The notes under the pieces: model-generated
Told to the model about the DNA's origin: nothing
What the model saw: only the letters and a program-made list of their open reading frames with translations
Database searches by the model: none
Shown: positions 10,368 through 21,749 of the stretch, piece after piece
Position numbering within the stretch: the stretch's first letter is position 1
Layout: every line of letters begins with the position of its first letter
From: Prasinococcaceae sp. CCMP 1430
Lineage: Eukaryota > Plantae > Prasinodermophyta
Direction: 5' to 3'
Length of the DNA stretch: 49,133 nt
Assembly (NCBI GenBank): GCA_013416795.1
Contig: RQSC01000598.1
Coordinates: forward strand, 1-49,133
Position numbers and translations under genes: made by a program

Positions 10368-12744
10368 TCAAAAGCGCTTGCGCTTTGTGCGTCGCACAGG
10401 GCTCGACGGCTCGGGTGGAGGCTCTCGCTTCAAAGCACGCTCTTCGGTGGCCTCTTCAGTGGGCACGGCAGTGCCGGCCCCTCCGTCGTCGGCAACGGCG
10501 TCGATTCCCGCACCGCCATCATCGCCAGCGCCCCCGGGAGCAGGTGCACGGTCGTCGCTGTCGGCGCCACTGAGTGCAGGTTTCTGATCTTCCGCGTCCG
10601 CATCCGCGACATCATTGGGGGCATCTTCGGAAACGCGTGGTGCTTCAGTCGTGGGAGTCACCCGCCCCTCGGCGCCATCGCCGTTCGCATCCTTCGCGCC
10701 TTCGTCCACAGCAGCCTGCGCCATCTCCGCCGCGACATCCATGCCACCACCAGAGGCCACTTGCGAGGCGCCTCCAGCCGCTGCCGCCGCGGGCGCATCC
10801 GCCACAGCACCTCCACTACTCGACCTGCACTTGGCATGCACAAGCTTGCCACCAAGGCTGCTGTCTCGCACCACGCCCTTGTACATCCACTCCTCGTCTT
10901 TGGCGCTCCATACTACTTCGAAGGGCTCGCCGCAAAGCGCGCAATCAGGCTGGCTGTCGTCCGCGGGCACCATAAGGTTATCTATGTCGAGCTGCGTGTC
11001 GGCCTCGTCCTTCTGCTTTTGAAAGAACGATGGCGCTTCAGACTCGCCCTGCTTGACGCCCGACAGCCACGCGGCGCTCGAGACGTACCACTGGCGCGAG
11101 GTGCCGCCGCGCTCCTTCGCACGCTTGCGCCGCTCGAAGAGCGCGTCATGGTATTCATCGAGCGCACGGCGAGAGCGAAAGCGCCGTCCGTCCGCTTTGC
11201 ACTGGTGTGGCTGGTCCGAGTACAGAGCGCGGATCACGCGCTCGTTGCGCACTTTAAAGGCGGGCGTGCCAAAGTCGATGGCATCCCCGCTGTCACCGCC
11301 GGCGGCCTGATTCGCGCCCTGTGCGCCACCCTGCGCACCCGAGGGTTGCTGCGCCTGCTGCTGCTGTTGTGGCGGCTTGGGTGGCACAACGGGCTGCGTT
11401 GGCACCGCTTTGGGCCCGGCTTGCGCCTGCGCACGTGCCGCTTGAGCCGCCATCGCCGCCTGCTGCGCAACCTGCTGCAGTGTCTGGGTGGGCATTCCAG
11501 GTATCTGCGGCGCCATACCAATCTGCTGCATATGGTGCATGCCACCCATCATCATCTGCTGCTGCTGCGGATATCCCTGCGACGCCATGGGTTGCTGCTG
11601 CTGCTGCACCTGCTGCTGCTGCTGCTGGGCGCCTATGGCCATGCCAAGTGCGTTCACAGCCCCAACTGCGCCCAGGGCCATGCTCACGCCTCCTACCACG
11701 CCGTTGGATTGCTGCATCTGCATGTTGGGTGGTGGCATCGCGGAGATGAGCGCTGGCATGCCCATGCTTTGCTGCATGGGCTGCTGCACTGCCATGTTAA
11801 AGCCGCCAGCTCCAACTAGGGGCTGTTGCATCTGCGCTTGCACGCCCATCATCGGCGGGGCGCCCGCTTGCTGCATTTGTGGCACCTGCGCGATCGTTGC
11901 GATCTGTGGCGGCACGTGCGGCGCGCTATGCACGTTTTTCTGCGAGGCGACGAAGGCATCGATGGGCTGCAGCGTGGCGGCAGGGAACACGCTCCACCAT
12001 GTCTTCAGCAGGCGCTCCATCGAGTGGCGGGTGGGCGGGTCGACCGCCATCCAGCTGTGCGGCGGGCAGCAAACGGCAAAGCAAACGCCGCGCGGGCGCG
12101 GCCTGCGTCAGAGCGAAGTAGGGGGGCGCGAGCAGCGGGTGGTGCGACCGAGGGGAAGCTGTTCGCCCCGGCCAATCGCGAGAGTAGCACGGAAGCGCAA
12201 CATCACAACGCCTGGCGCAGGCAACGGGAGGAGTCTGCACCGTGCGGGCCCCGCGGGCCGCGGGCGCGGGTCGAGTGCTTAGGGTTGCGCCGGCGGCGCG
12301 ACGCAAGTGCTGTACAAGGCGCGCGTCACCGCGCGCACGAAGGCGCGAGGAGGCCATCGGCGTGGCCGCGGACGAGGACAATCGGCTGGTCCGCTGGCCG
12401 CGCGCTGAGGGGTGAGGGCGCGCCGCACCCGCGACCGTGCGCCGCGGATCGTTACTCTGCGCGCGCACGCACGTCTCTTTGAAGATGGCCGCCAGCGAAG
12501 ACGAGAAGAGGGGCACATACGCGCCCCCGACGTTCTTCGCGATCGAGTCGAGCAGGTGCAGCGCGGGGAGCTTGAGCGCAGGCTCGCAGCGCTGCAGGTG
12601 CGCCTCGATCGCGCCCGCCACCGCGCCCGCCGCCGCGGCGTTCTCGCCGGCGACCATCGTGAGCGAGTTGATCGTGCCCTTGGCGCTCGTGCGCAGATCC
12701 TGCAGGAAGTCGGCATACTCGGACGCGAGCTCGGCGGCCGACAT
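10368..12744 (-). CDS. PCF11: Polyadenylation/cleavage factor PCF11 (CID domain, Q/M-rich linker, zinc fingers); exons 12744-12473 and 12054-10368
   Basis: CID: LQDLRTSAKGTINSLTMVA...KLPALHLLDSIAKNVGGAYVPLFS. The 418-nt intron (GTGCGT...CACAG) gives KET-WMAVDPPTRHSMERLLKTW. C-terminal SRQWYV and CALCGEPFE...EEWMYKG...VHAKC. Confidence 0.92.
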
Positions 12745-12839
12745 GGCGCCGCCGCACCCGCACCCGCCACCGCGGGCGGACGGCGCGCGGTGCCCGCGCT
12801 CGAGCCGCGGCCCACCCTCCTCAACCTGATCCAGATCAT

Positions 12840-13180
12840 CTGAGCGGGACCCACTTTTTTTTTTTTCCGCTCGCGCGTTTTCGCGCGCTCGCATGCAAAG
12901 TGACCTCGCACAAACAAACAAACAAACAAACTCACCCACCCCGCCGCTTCAGTCTCGCAACCCAAATCCACCGATGGCATCACCTCCCATCTGATGGCGC
13001 TTTTCATCCGCTTTTCATCCGACGAGCCGCGATATTAGGGTGAAAGAGAGGGAATGAGGGTCTACGATGGTACTTCTGACGCCTTCCAATTCCAGCTGCT
13101 GCTAAAATGCGCCGGTCCGCAAGCCCTCGAGGTCAAAATGCATGGCGTGTATTTCCTATCAAAATGCATGTGGGACCGAT
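12840..13180. promoter_or_regulatory. AT-rich bidirectional promoter island (PCF11/AKR); similar islands at ~180-510, 17050-17190, 28300-28560, 33480-33680, 47880-48050
   Basis: Sharp AT enrichment, mostly upstream of gene starts, several with telobox-like TAGGGT motifs. Confidence 0.55.
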
Positions 13181-13312
13181 GGCGGTGCGCTGGGAGCGCG
13201 CGCGTGGCAGCGCGAGGGGCCGGCGGCACGCGCGACGTGTTGGTCAGGGTCAGCTCCTCCCGGCGCGTCGTGTCATTGAGCGGTGGCGGCGGACGGGGCG
13301 GCGGCGGAGGCG

Positions 13313-14479
13313 ATGCCGCGGCTGGCGAAGCGCACGCTCGGCTGGAGCGGCGAGCGCGTGTGCGCCGTCGCGCTGGGCTGCATGACCTTCGGCGTGCAGA
13401 ATGACGAGGCAGAGAGCCACGCCATCATCGCCGAGTACATAGCGCGTGGGGGCGACCTTCTCGACGCCGCTGAGATGTACCCGGTGCCGAGCAGCGACCC
13501 GCGGTGGCACCCCGGCGCCACCGAGGAGATCCTGGGCTCGTACTTCGCCGCGCACCCCGAGCAGCGCGAGGGGGTGATTGTCGCCACCAAGGTGATCGGC
13601 TACACGCCCGGCAGCGAGACCGCGGGCAACCGCAAGCTCACGCTGGGCACGGGCGGCACGAGGCAGGAGAACGGCCTGCCCGCCGGGGCGCCCGGGCGTC
13701 TCGACCGCGCCAGCGTGCTCGAGGCTTGTGAGGCCTCGCTCAAGCGGCTGCGCATGGACCGCATCGACCTGTACCAGATCCACTGGCCCGACCGCTACTG
13801 CCCGAGTTTCGGCACGCTCGGCTACGACGTCGCGAACGAGCGCGACGCGGTGCCCATCGAGGAGACGTGCGGCGCCATCAAGGAGCTCATCGACGCGGGA
13901 AAGATCAGGTACTATGGCCTCTCGAACGAGAGCCCCTACGGCCTGATGAAGTGGTGCGAGGCGGCCGACAAGCTCGGCTGCCCGCGGCCCGTGTCGGTCC
14001 AGAACCAGTTCAGCCTCTTGCTCAGGGTCGACGAGCACCACCTGGCCGAGGCGCTCTCGCCGTCAAACCTCGATGTGGCGTACCTGCCCTGGACGCCCCT
14101 CGCGGGCGGCCTCCTCACCGACAAGTACCTCGGGGAGGACGGCAAGGTGAAGCCGAGGGCGGAGTGGCCAGCCGGCGCGCGGCACGCGCTCTATGACAAC
14201 TTTATGTCCCGCTTCCGCTCGCCGCCCTCGCTGGAGGCTATCGAGGCGTACGCTGCCATCGCCCGCGCGGAGGGCGTCTCGCTCGCCTCGCTCTCGCTGA
14301 AGTTTTGCCTGAGCCGCTGGTTCTGCACCAGCACGATCATGGGCGCCACGTCCCTTGAGCAGCTCAAGGAGAACCTGGACGCCTTCGAGGAGGACGACGG
14401 CGAGCCTCTTTCGGCCGAAGCCCTGCGCGCGATCGACGAGGTGCATTTGCGGGCCCAGAACCCCATCATGGTCATGTGA
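13313..14479 (+). CDS. Aldo-keto reductase, Tas-like, intronless
   Basis: LGCMTFG, DAAEMYPVP (Asp/Tyr), ATKV (Lys), IDLYQIHWPDRY (His), GKIRYYGLSNE, SVQNQFSLL, PLAGGLLT, STIMGATSLEQLKENL. First in-frame ATG is 13313. Confidence 0.93.
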   Translation: MPRLAKRTLGWSGERVCAVALGCMTFGVQNDEAESHAIIAEYIARGGDLLDAAEMYPVPSSDPRWHPGATEEILGSYFAAHPEQREGVIVATKVIGYTPGSETAGNRKLTLGTGGTRQENGLPAGAPGRLDRASVLEACEASLKRLRMDRIDLYQIHWPDRYCPSFGTLGYDVANERDAVPIEETCGAIKELIDAGKIRYYGLSNESPYGLMKWCEAADKLGCPRPVSVQNQFSLLLRVDEHHLAEALSPSNLDVAYLPWTPLAGGLLTDKYLGEDGKVKPRAEWPAGARHALYDNFMSRFRSPPSLEAIEAYAAIARAEGVSLASLSLKFCLSRWFCTSTIMGATSLEQLKENLDAFEEDDGEPLSAEALRAIDEVHLRAQNPIMVM

Positions 14480-14624
14480 CGCCCGCGTCGGTGTCACCCC
14501 CGCGCGGCTGTGTACGGACTGTACAGTACTTAACTACAATACGGGAGTGTTCCTTACATACATTCAATCAAAATACGAGCCGCGCGCGCGCCGTCGCGCC
14601 TGGCGCCGCCGCGGGTGGCACGCG

Positions 14625-16813
14625 TCACCACCACATCGCGTCCTCGTCGTCGGTGTACTCCCCGGCGCTGTAGGACTCGACCGCGAGTGCCCCGGCGACG
14701 TCGTCCGCCACGAGCAGACTGAAGACCTGCGCCGTGCGCGCGGGAAGATACATGAAGGCCGACGCGGGCCTGCGGTCGTGGCTCTCGAACGGCCCCAGGC
14801 TGTGCGCGTACACGCCGCCGCTCACGCGCCCGTGGCCGGCGAAGCGCTGCTCGTCCGTGTCAAGCACGCGCTCCCAGGACCCGGCGGCCCCGAACGGCAC
14901 GGCATAGTTCTCGTGGGAGAGCGTGGGGTGGAAGTTGAACACGAAGAGCAGCGACCCGCGCTCCAGGATGATCACCTTGGCGTCCTCGTTGCAGTGGAGC
15001 ACGTCCAGGTGCGCGGCGTTGAGGATGCCACGCTCCTCGTCCAGCGCCATCAGCGCCGCACCGAATCGCCCGAGCGCCGCGTGGCGACCATCCTCGTCCT
15101 CGTCAACCAGGCTCCATCGCCGCCGCGCGTGCTCGAAGGACTGGCCGTTGCCCTCGCGTGGGAAGTCGATCCAGCCGGGGTGGCCGAACTCATTGCCCAT
15201 GAAGTTGAGGAAGGCATCCCCGCCGGCCGCCACGGTGAGCAGCCGCGTCATCTTGTGTAGCGCCACACCGCGGTGCACGCCTGCAGTCTCCGGCGTGCCG
15301 GTGCGCATGTGGTGGTGAATCTCTTCGCCCATCAGCGCCTGCGCGAATGACATGCCCCCGACCATCGCCTGGTCGTGCGACTCGATGTAGGCCACCGTTT
15401 TTTCCGTCGGACGGCGGCGCGTGAGCATCGACACGAGATCCCCCATGCCGATGTGCTCATCCGGGCGTTGGATCAGCCGGAACCACTCGTCCGCCGGCCC
15501 CATTCCAAGCCGCAGATCGAACCCGAGGCCCCCGCACCGCGTCGGCTGCGTCGAGCCCGGCATGGCGCTAACGTCCTCACAGATCGTCGTCACGTCCTTG
15601 TTGACGGTGCGCGCCAGGTCGTTGGCCACCATGAGGTAGGTGACGGCGTCCTCGTCCACGTGCTCCCCAAAGTACTCCGACACACCGCCGATGAAGTCCC
15701 AGTGCACCCCGCGGTGGTGGTAGAGCATGGCCGTGACGCCGTCGAAGCGGAAGCCGTCGAATCGGAACTCGTTCAGCCAGTAGCTCAGGTTGCTCAGCAG
15801 CAGCCGCTGCGTCTCACGGCGGCCGTAGTCGTACATGCGCGTCGTCCACAGCGCGTGGGTGCCGCGCCCGGTGTAATCGGAGTGGAAGTAGCAGCTGTCG
15901 GTGCCGTCGTACATGTTGAGGCCGTCCATGACGTTGGACGAGGCGTGCGAATGCACCACATCCAGCAGCACGCGCAGGCCCATGCCATGCGCCGTGTCGA
16001 TGAGGTACTTGAGGTCCTCGGGCGTGCCGCAGCGGTGCGAGGGCGCGAAAGGCGAGGTCACCTGGTACCCGAACGACGAGTAGAGCGCGTGCTCCTGCAC
16101 GCCCATGAGCTGGACGGTGTTGAACCCCCCGGCCTTCACGCGCGGCAACACGTCGTCCGCGAAGTGCCTGTACGAGGCGACGGCGTGCGCCTCGCTTGAC
16201 ATGCCAACGTGCGCCTCGTATATGCGCGCCGCTGCGGGCTTCGGCGGCGCCGCGTGCTGCCACGCGTGGCGCTCCTCGCTTGGCGGGTCCCAGTGGAGAC
16301 CGTCGAGGTACGGCTGGTCGTCCTTCGCGGGGCAGCAGGCGCGCGCGTAGGCGGGGATGCGAGTGAACTCGCTGCCGTCGTGGCCGCGGAAGGCCACGCG
16401 CACGCGCGAGCCGTGCGGCACGCCCCCCGGGACAACGCACCGCCACAGCCCGTCCTCGCCGCGCTCGCACGGGTTGGCGCCCGTGTCCCAGTCGTTGAAG
16501 TCTCCGACCAGCGAGCACGCCTCCGCCGCGGGCGCCCAGTCGGCGAAGCGGGTGCCGCCGCCGTCGATCGCGTGCAGGCCGAGGTCCTCGTACGCGCTGG
16601 CGAACGCCTGCAGCCCGCCCGCCTCGGCCTCCAGCGCGCCTAGCAGCCCGCGGTGGCGCTCGCCGCGCCATTCCACGGTGCCCGCATGCGGCTCCAGCGA
16701 CGGGTCGTCGCGCACGAGCTGCAGCGAGAAGTGCTGCGCGAGCGCCGCGCGCGCCGCCGAGCGCCGCGGCGGCGCTCGCACGCCGCCGCCGCGACCGGCC
16801 CGGAGGCCGCCAT
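14625..16813 (-). CDS. SBE: 1,4-alpha-glucan (starch) branching enzyme, GH13_8 with CBM48; start codon out of frame with the main ORF
   Basis: FADWAPAAEACSLVGDFNDW, IYEAHVGMSS, FGYQVTSPFAPS, DVVHSH, FRFDGVTAM (nucleophile), ICEDVS (acid/base), YIESHDQ, FLNFMGNEFGHP. The only nearby ATG (16813) is in another frame. Confidence 0.93.
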
Positions 16814-17255
16814 CGCCGGACGCAGACCCCCTATCCGGGCGCGCCGCGCGGCACGCCCACTCTCGCTCTCCGTGTGGCCCCTCGCCGCACGCGCTGCCCC
16901 TCCCTCCCTCCCTCCCTTCCCCCCGCCACCTCCACCACCACCCACGCGCGCGCGCACTCAGCGGCCGCCGGCGCCAGGTGCGCCGAGAGCCACTCGTTCG
17001 GCGACGGGGGGAACGGCGCACTCCCGCGCCCACGGCGGGGTTGCGGTTACGATGAGTTCCAAATGAGATTTGATGTATATGGCTGAGTCTCCCGTGGTTA
17101 TATTTGATTCTACATTTTATTGTGTCAATGGACACTTTGGGGCATGGTATGACCGTGGGATTTGGGGTTAATATTGTAGGGTTCGTTGCGCCCTCGGAAC
17201 GCGCGTTTTCGCGCGCGGGGGCGGCCGCGGGCGCGGGCCACACCGCGCGGCGCCG

Positions 17256-18216
17256 NNNNNNNNNNNNNNNNNNNNNNNNNNNNNNNNNNNNNNNNNNNNN
17301 NNNNNNNNNNNNNNNNNNNNNNNNNNNNNNNNNNNNNNNNNNNNNNNNNNNNNNNNNNNNNNNNNNNNNNNNNNNNNNNNNNNNNNNNNNNNNNNNNNNN
17401 NNNNNNNNNNNNNNNNNNNNNNNNNNNNNNNNNNNNNNNNNNNNNNNNNNNNNNNNNNNNNNNNNNNNNNNNNNNNNNNNNNNNNNNNNNNNNNNNNNNN
17501 NNNNNNNNNNNNNNNNNNNNNNNNNNNNNNNNNNNNNNNNNNNNNNNNNNNNNNNNNNNNNNNNNNNNNNNNNNNNNNNNNNNNNNNNNNNNNNNNNNNN
17601 NNNNNNNNNNNNNNNNNNNNNNNNNNNNNNNNNNNNNNNNNNNNNNNNNNNNNNNNNNNNNNNNNNNNNNNNNNNNNNNNNNNNNNNNNNNNNNNNNNNN
17701 NNNNNNNNNNNNNNNNNNNNNNNNNNNNNNNNNNNNNNNNNNNNNNNNNNNNNNNNNNNNNNNNNNNNNNNNNNNNNNNNNNNNNNNNNNNNNNNNNNNN
17801 NNNNNNNNNNNNNNNNNNNNNNNNNNNNNNNNNNNNNNNNNNNNNNNNNNNNNNNNNNNNNNNNNNNNNNNNNNNNNNNNNNNNNNNNNNNNNNNNNNNN
17901 NNNNNNNNNNNNNNNNNNNNNNNNNNNNNNNNNNNNNNNNNNNNNNNNNNNNNNNNNNNNNNNNNNNNNNNNNNNNNNNNNNNNNNNNNNNNNNNNNNNN
18001 NNNNNNNNNNNNNNNNNNNNNNNNNNNNNNNNNNNNNNNNNNNNNNNNNNNNNNNNNNNNNNNNNNNNNNNNNNNNNNNNNNNNNNNNNNNNNNNNNNNN
18101 NNNNNNNNNNNNNNNNNNNNNNNNNNNNNNNNNNNNNNNNNNNNNNNNNNNNNNNNNNNNNNNNNNNNNNNNNNNNNNNNNNNNNNNNNNNNNNNNNNNN
18201 NNNNNNNNNNNNNNNN
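17256..18216. other. Assembly gap; other N runs 33840-34180, 35183-35919, 48800-48898; single-n joins at 21749, 25573, 37624, 47782, 48181
   Basis: Directly visible. Confidence 0.99.
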
Positions 18217-20607
18217 GTGCCCGCCGCGGCGTCGCGCGGAGCGCGTGACGCGCTGCGACTGGGCGAGCTGTGCGCTCGCGCCGAAGCACGGCCGGCGCCG
18301 CGTCGCGCGGCGCGGCAGGTGTTTGCAGGACGCGCGCGCTGGGCCAATGTGGCGCACGCTGCGGTGGCTGACGAAGCGGCCCGCGCCGTCTACTACGTGG
18401 ACGCTGCGCTGGGGTCCGACGATGGCAGCGGATCGCTGGCGTCGCCCTTCCGCACCGTGCAGCGCGGCCTCGATGCCGCGGCCTCCGGTCGCGGCGGCGG
18501 CGAGGTGCGCCTCAGGGCGGGCGTGTACCGCTCGGCCGACGAGCCTGGCGGGCGAGGCGCTGCGCTGGGCGCACGCCACTCGGGCATCACGCTGCGCTCG
18601 ACGCCAGGGGAGCGCGCCACGCTCTCCGGTGCGGCGCCGCTGGGCGAGCTGGCGTGGCGGCGCGCGCCCGTCGGCCGCGCGGGGGCACCTGCGGACGCCG
18701 ATGTGTGGGTCGCACGGCTGGGTGACCGCCGCACGCCGCGCCGCTTCGACGCGCTCCGCGTGGATGGTGCCCGCGCAACGCGCGCGCGCTTTCCCAACTG
18801 CGACCCCGAGCGAACGGTGCCCGACGCGCGGCTGCCCTCTGCGGCCGCGGCTGCATGGGCGCCGCCGCGTGCGGTTGGTGGCGCCTCGTTTGTGTCGGTG
18901 ACGAAGCCGCGGCGGGACAGCGCCACAGCCGGCCTCTTTGCCACGCACGAGGTCGGCGTGGGCGGCGCATGCGGCGTGTACGACCCACCCGTCAGCTACT
19001 GGTGCGCCGCCTCGGCGCAGGGCGGCCTCGCCGCGCCCTTCCAGACGCCTGCGGGGCTGTCCGCCAACGCGAGCGCTCTACCCAACCTGCCGCGCTACAG
19101 GGCTCACGAGGCGCCCGTCTTCAACGTTTGGCGGCCGGCGCGCTGGGCGAACTGGATGTTCGAGGCGCGCGTCGAGGGCCTCGAGATTTCCGACTCCAAT
19201 GAGGCGGCGACGGCCACCTTCAACTTCACGCGCGGCGGCTTTCAGGGAGCTCGCGGCGCGCCCACAGGTGGTGACTGGTTCGTGGAGAACGTGCTCGCGG
19301 AGCTCGACGCGCCGAACGAGTTCTACCTGGACACGCGCACGTCCGAGCTCTACCTGTGGTACAACGGAACGGGAACGTCCCCCGGCTCGCCGCCGCCGGT
19401 GGGCGCGGTCGAGGCGGTGGTGGCCCCCTCGCTGCTGCGATTGGAGGGCACGCGCGCTGCCCCGGTGGCCAACGTGACCATCGCAGAAATTGACTTCGTC
19501 CACGCCGCGCCGACGTACCTGAGCGCGCCCCACGGCGTGCCCTCGGGCGGCGACTGGGCGCTGGAGAGGCAGGCAGCGCTCTTCGCCGAGGGCACTTTTG
19601 GCCTGACCGTCGAGGCGTGCAACTTCAGCCGGCTGGATGGCAACGCGCTGATGCTCAGCGGGTCGCATAGGGCCGCTCGCGTGCGCCGCAACGAGTTCGG
19701 CTGGCTGGGTGGCAGCGCCGTGGCGCTGTGGGGCCGCGCCGAGCTGCTTGACGGCACCGGCGGCGAGCAGCCGTGGGACACGCGCATCGAGGGCAACCTG
19801 TTCCACGAGGTTGGCATCCACGAGAAGCAGTCGGCCTTCGTCTTTCAGGCGCTGGCCGGTCGGAGCACCATTGCTCGCAACGTGGCGTATAACGCGCCGC
19901 GTGCGGGCATCAACCTCAACGATCCCTTCAGTGGCGGCCACCGCGTCGAGGGTAACGTCATCTTCAACACCTGCCGCGAATCAGGCGACCACGGCCCGAT
20001 CAACTCGTGGGATCGGCAGCCTTTCCTGTGGCAGGTGCCCGCCGACTCCGAGAGCGGCGGTGGGGAGGCATCGGCGCCCTCGCTCACTCCTGAGGTGACG
20101 ACCGTGGAGCACAACCTGCTCATCGCCAACTACCAGGCGCAGGGTAACATCGACAACGATGATGGCAGCGCCTTCTACCTCACGCGCTCGAACGTGCTCT
20201 TTCTGGGCGAGGTGGGCCTCAAGTCGGACTGGGGTGGCCACGACAACGCGCACGTCGGTAACATGCACCTGTGGGTGGGCACCTGCGCCGACAGCGGCCC
20301 GCAAGGGCAGCTCGACGGGCACCAGGACGCCTTCGTGGGCAACGTCTGCTTGCTGCGCCCGGGCGGCACGTACGTCGCGGACTACGCCCTCAACTGCAGC
20401 GCGCCGCCCGCGATGCGCATCAGGCTCGCGAACAACACGCTACTCGCGGAGCACGGCAGAGTGGAGGTGTGCGGCATGAGCCTTGCCGCGTGGCGAGCGC
20501 TTGGCAACGATCCGGGCACCACCGTAGCGCGCACGCCGGAGAGCTTCGAGGCGCTCCTCGACAGCGCCGCGCGACTGCTGGGCTCAGGCATGACACAGTG
20601 GTTATGA
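18217..20607 (+). CDS. Right-handed parallel beta-helix (pectin-lyase-like) protein, probable carbohydrate-active enzyme; 5' end lost in N gap
   Basis: YYVDAALGSDDGSGSLASPFRT...VRLRAGVY N-terminal motif, ARFPN, WANWMF, GGFQGARG, WFVENVLAELDAPNEFY, then PbH1-like repeats (GNLFHEVG, RNVAYNAPRAGIN, GNVIFNTCRESGDHGPINSWDRQP, NIDNDDGS). No introns evident. Confidence 0.8.
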   Translation: MPAAASRGARDALRLGELCARAEARPAPRRAARQVFAGRARWANVAHAAVADEAARAVYYVDAALGSDDGSGSLASPFRTVQRGLDAAASGRGGGEVRLRAGVYRSADEPGGRGAALGARHSGITLRSTPGERATLSGAAPLGELAWRRAPVGRAGAPADADVWVARLGDRRTPRRFDALRVDGARATRARFPNCDPERTVPDARLPSAAAAAWAPPRAVGGASFVSVTKPRRDSATAGLFATHEVGVGGACGVYDPPVSYWCAASAQGGLAAPFQTPAGLSANASALPNLPRYRAHEAPVFNVWRPARWANWMFEARVEGLEISDSNEAATATFNFTRGGFQGARGAPTGGDWFVENVLAELDAPNEFYLDTRTSELYLWYNGTGTSPGSPPPVGAVEAVVAPSLLRLEGTRAAPVANVTIAEIDFVHAAPTYLSAPHGVPSGGDWALERQAALFAEGTFGLTVEACNFSRLDGNALMLSGSHRAARVRRNEFGWLGGSAVALWGRAELLDGTGGEQPWDTRIEGNLFHEVGIHEKQSAFVFQALAGRSTIARNVAYNAPRAGINLNDPFSGGHRVEGNVIFNTCRESGDHGPINSWDRQPFLWQVPADSESGGGEASAPSLTPEVTTVEHNLLIANYQAQGNIDNDDGSAFYLTRSNVLFLGEVGLKSDWGGHDNAHVGNMHLWVGTCADSGPQGQLDGHQDAFVGNVCLLRPGGTYVADYALNCSAPPAMRIRLANNTLLAEHGRVEVCGMSLAAWRALGNDPGTTVARTPESFEALLDSAARLLGSGMTQWL

Positions 20608-20857
20608 GGTCGAGCACGTAACAACATGTACAAACCAATGTCTCTCAAGTTGGCATGTGTGCGCGCACACAGCGCGCGCTCTTCTCCTCATCATCCGCTC
20701 TCCGTCGCTTCCTGCGAGGCGTCCGCGCGCGCGCGCATGACGTGCCTCCTCACGGGCGCGGCGGGGGTAGGTCGTTGTCGCCCGTGGTAACGGCCACCGC
20801 CTCGCTGTGCTTTTTTTTTGTTTCCTCTTCCTCGTTGCTCCGCTTCTCCGCGCCCTT

Positions 20858-21617
20858 TCACTCCTCCTCGGCCGCGGCGCGCGCGCGTGCCGCCCTCCTC
20901 TCGCGCTCCTCGGCCTCCTCGGCCGCAATGCGCCGCGCGTGCTCGGCGTCGCGCTCGGCGACCTCGCGCGCGCGTAGCTCCGCCTCGGCTCGCAGGTAGC
21001 GCGAGCGCCGCACCTGCTCCTTGCTGGGCCGCCAACCCTGGCGGAGGTGCACCGACTCGATGTCGTCGACGTCCTTCGAGCTGAGGCCCCCCGGCCCGCC
21101 TCCTCCGCGGCGGCCCTCGCCGCCCCCTCCGTCGCCACCGCCGCGTTCGCTCCATAGCAAGTAACCCGCCACGAACGCCGCTGTGAGGCTCGCGGCGATA
21201 GTCAGCCGCTCCGGAAGCTCCTGCACGAAGCCCGCCACGTTGCCCACCGCCACCGACGCCGCCCCGGCCGAGGGTGGGGTGAGCACGAAGGCGCCGTACG
21301 CCAACGCGACCAGCGCGAGCGACGCAGCAGCGGCCACGATGACCTGCAGCGCATGTGTTCGTGTGTTCGTGTGTGTGTCAGGACCACGAGCGGCAACGCA
21401 CGTGCGCGCGCGCGCACGCATCGCGGCACGAGTTTGCGCGCGTGCGGACCTGCAGCGCGGCTGCCCACAGTAGCAGCAGCATCTGCCTGTCGCCGTCGGC
21501 GTCGGCGTGTGGCTCGGCGGCGGAGTCGTCAGAGGCCGCATGCGAGGTGATCGTTGAAGAGGAAGGTGAGAGCGAGACGTCGGCATCGGAGTCCTCCGAC
21601 ATCTCGGCGTCGCCCAT
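20858..21617 (-). CDS. Hypothetical membrane protein (2-3 TM segments, acidic N-terminus, C-terminal coiled coil); exons 21617-21450 and 21343-20858
   Basis: ATG 21617 (MGDAEMSEDSDADV). Phase-0 intron 21344-21449 (GTCCGC...CTGCAG) joins LLLLWAAALQ-VIVAAAASLALVALAYGAFV. Confidence 0.7.
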
Positions 21618-21749
21618 GGAGGAGGTCGCGCCTGCCGCCGTGGCTCTGCGCACGAGCCGGTGCGCTCGCACGCCGGCGTGCGCGTGTGTGTGCGCGTGCG
21701 CGTGCCTGCTCCGCAGCAGCAAGCGCGCGCGCGCCGCCGCGCGCGCCGN

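Noticed and set aside
14625-20607. Giant ORFs spanning N runs (1240, 1167 aa; also 928 and 753 aa near 34300-37170)
   Set aside because: Artefacts of translating through N gaps.
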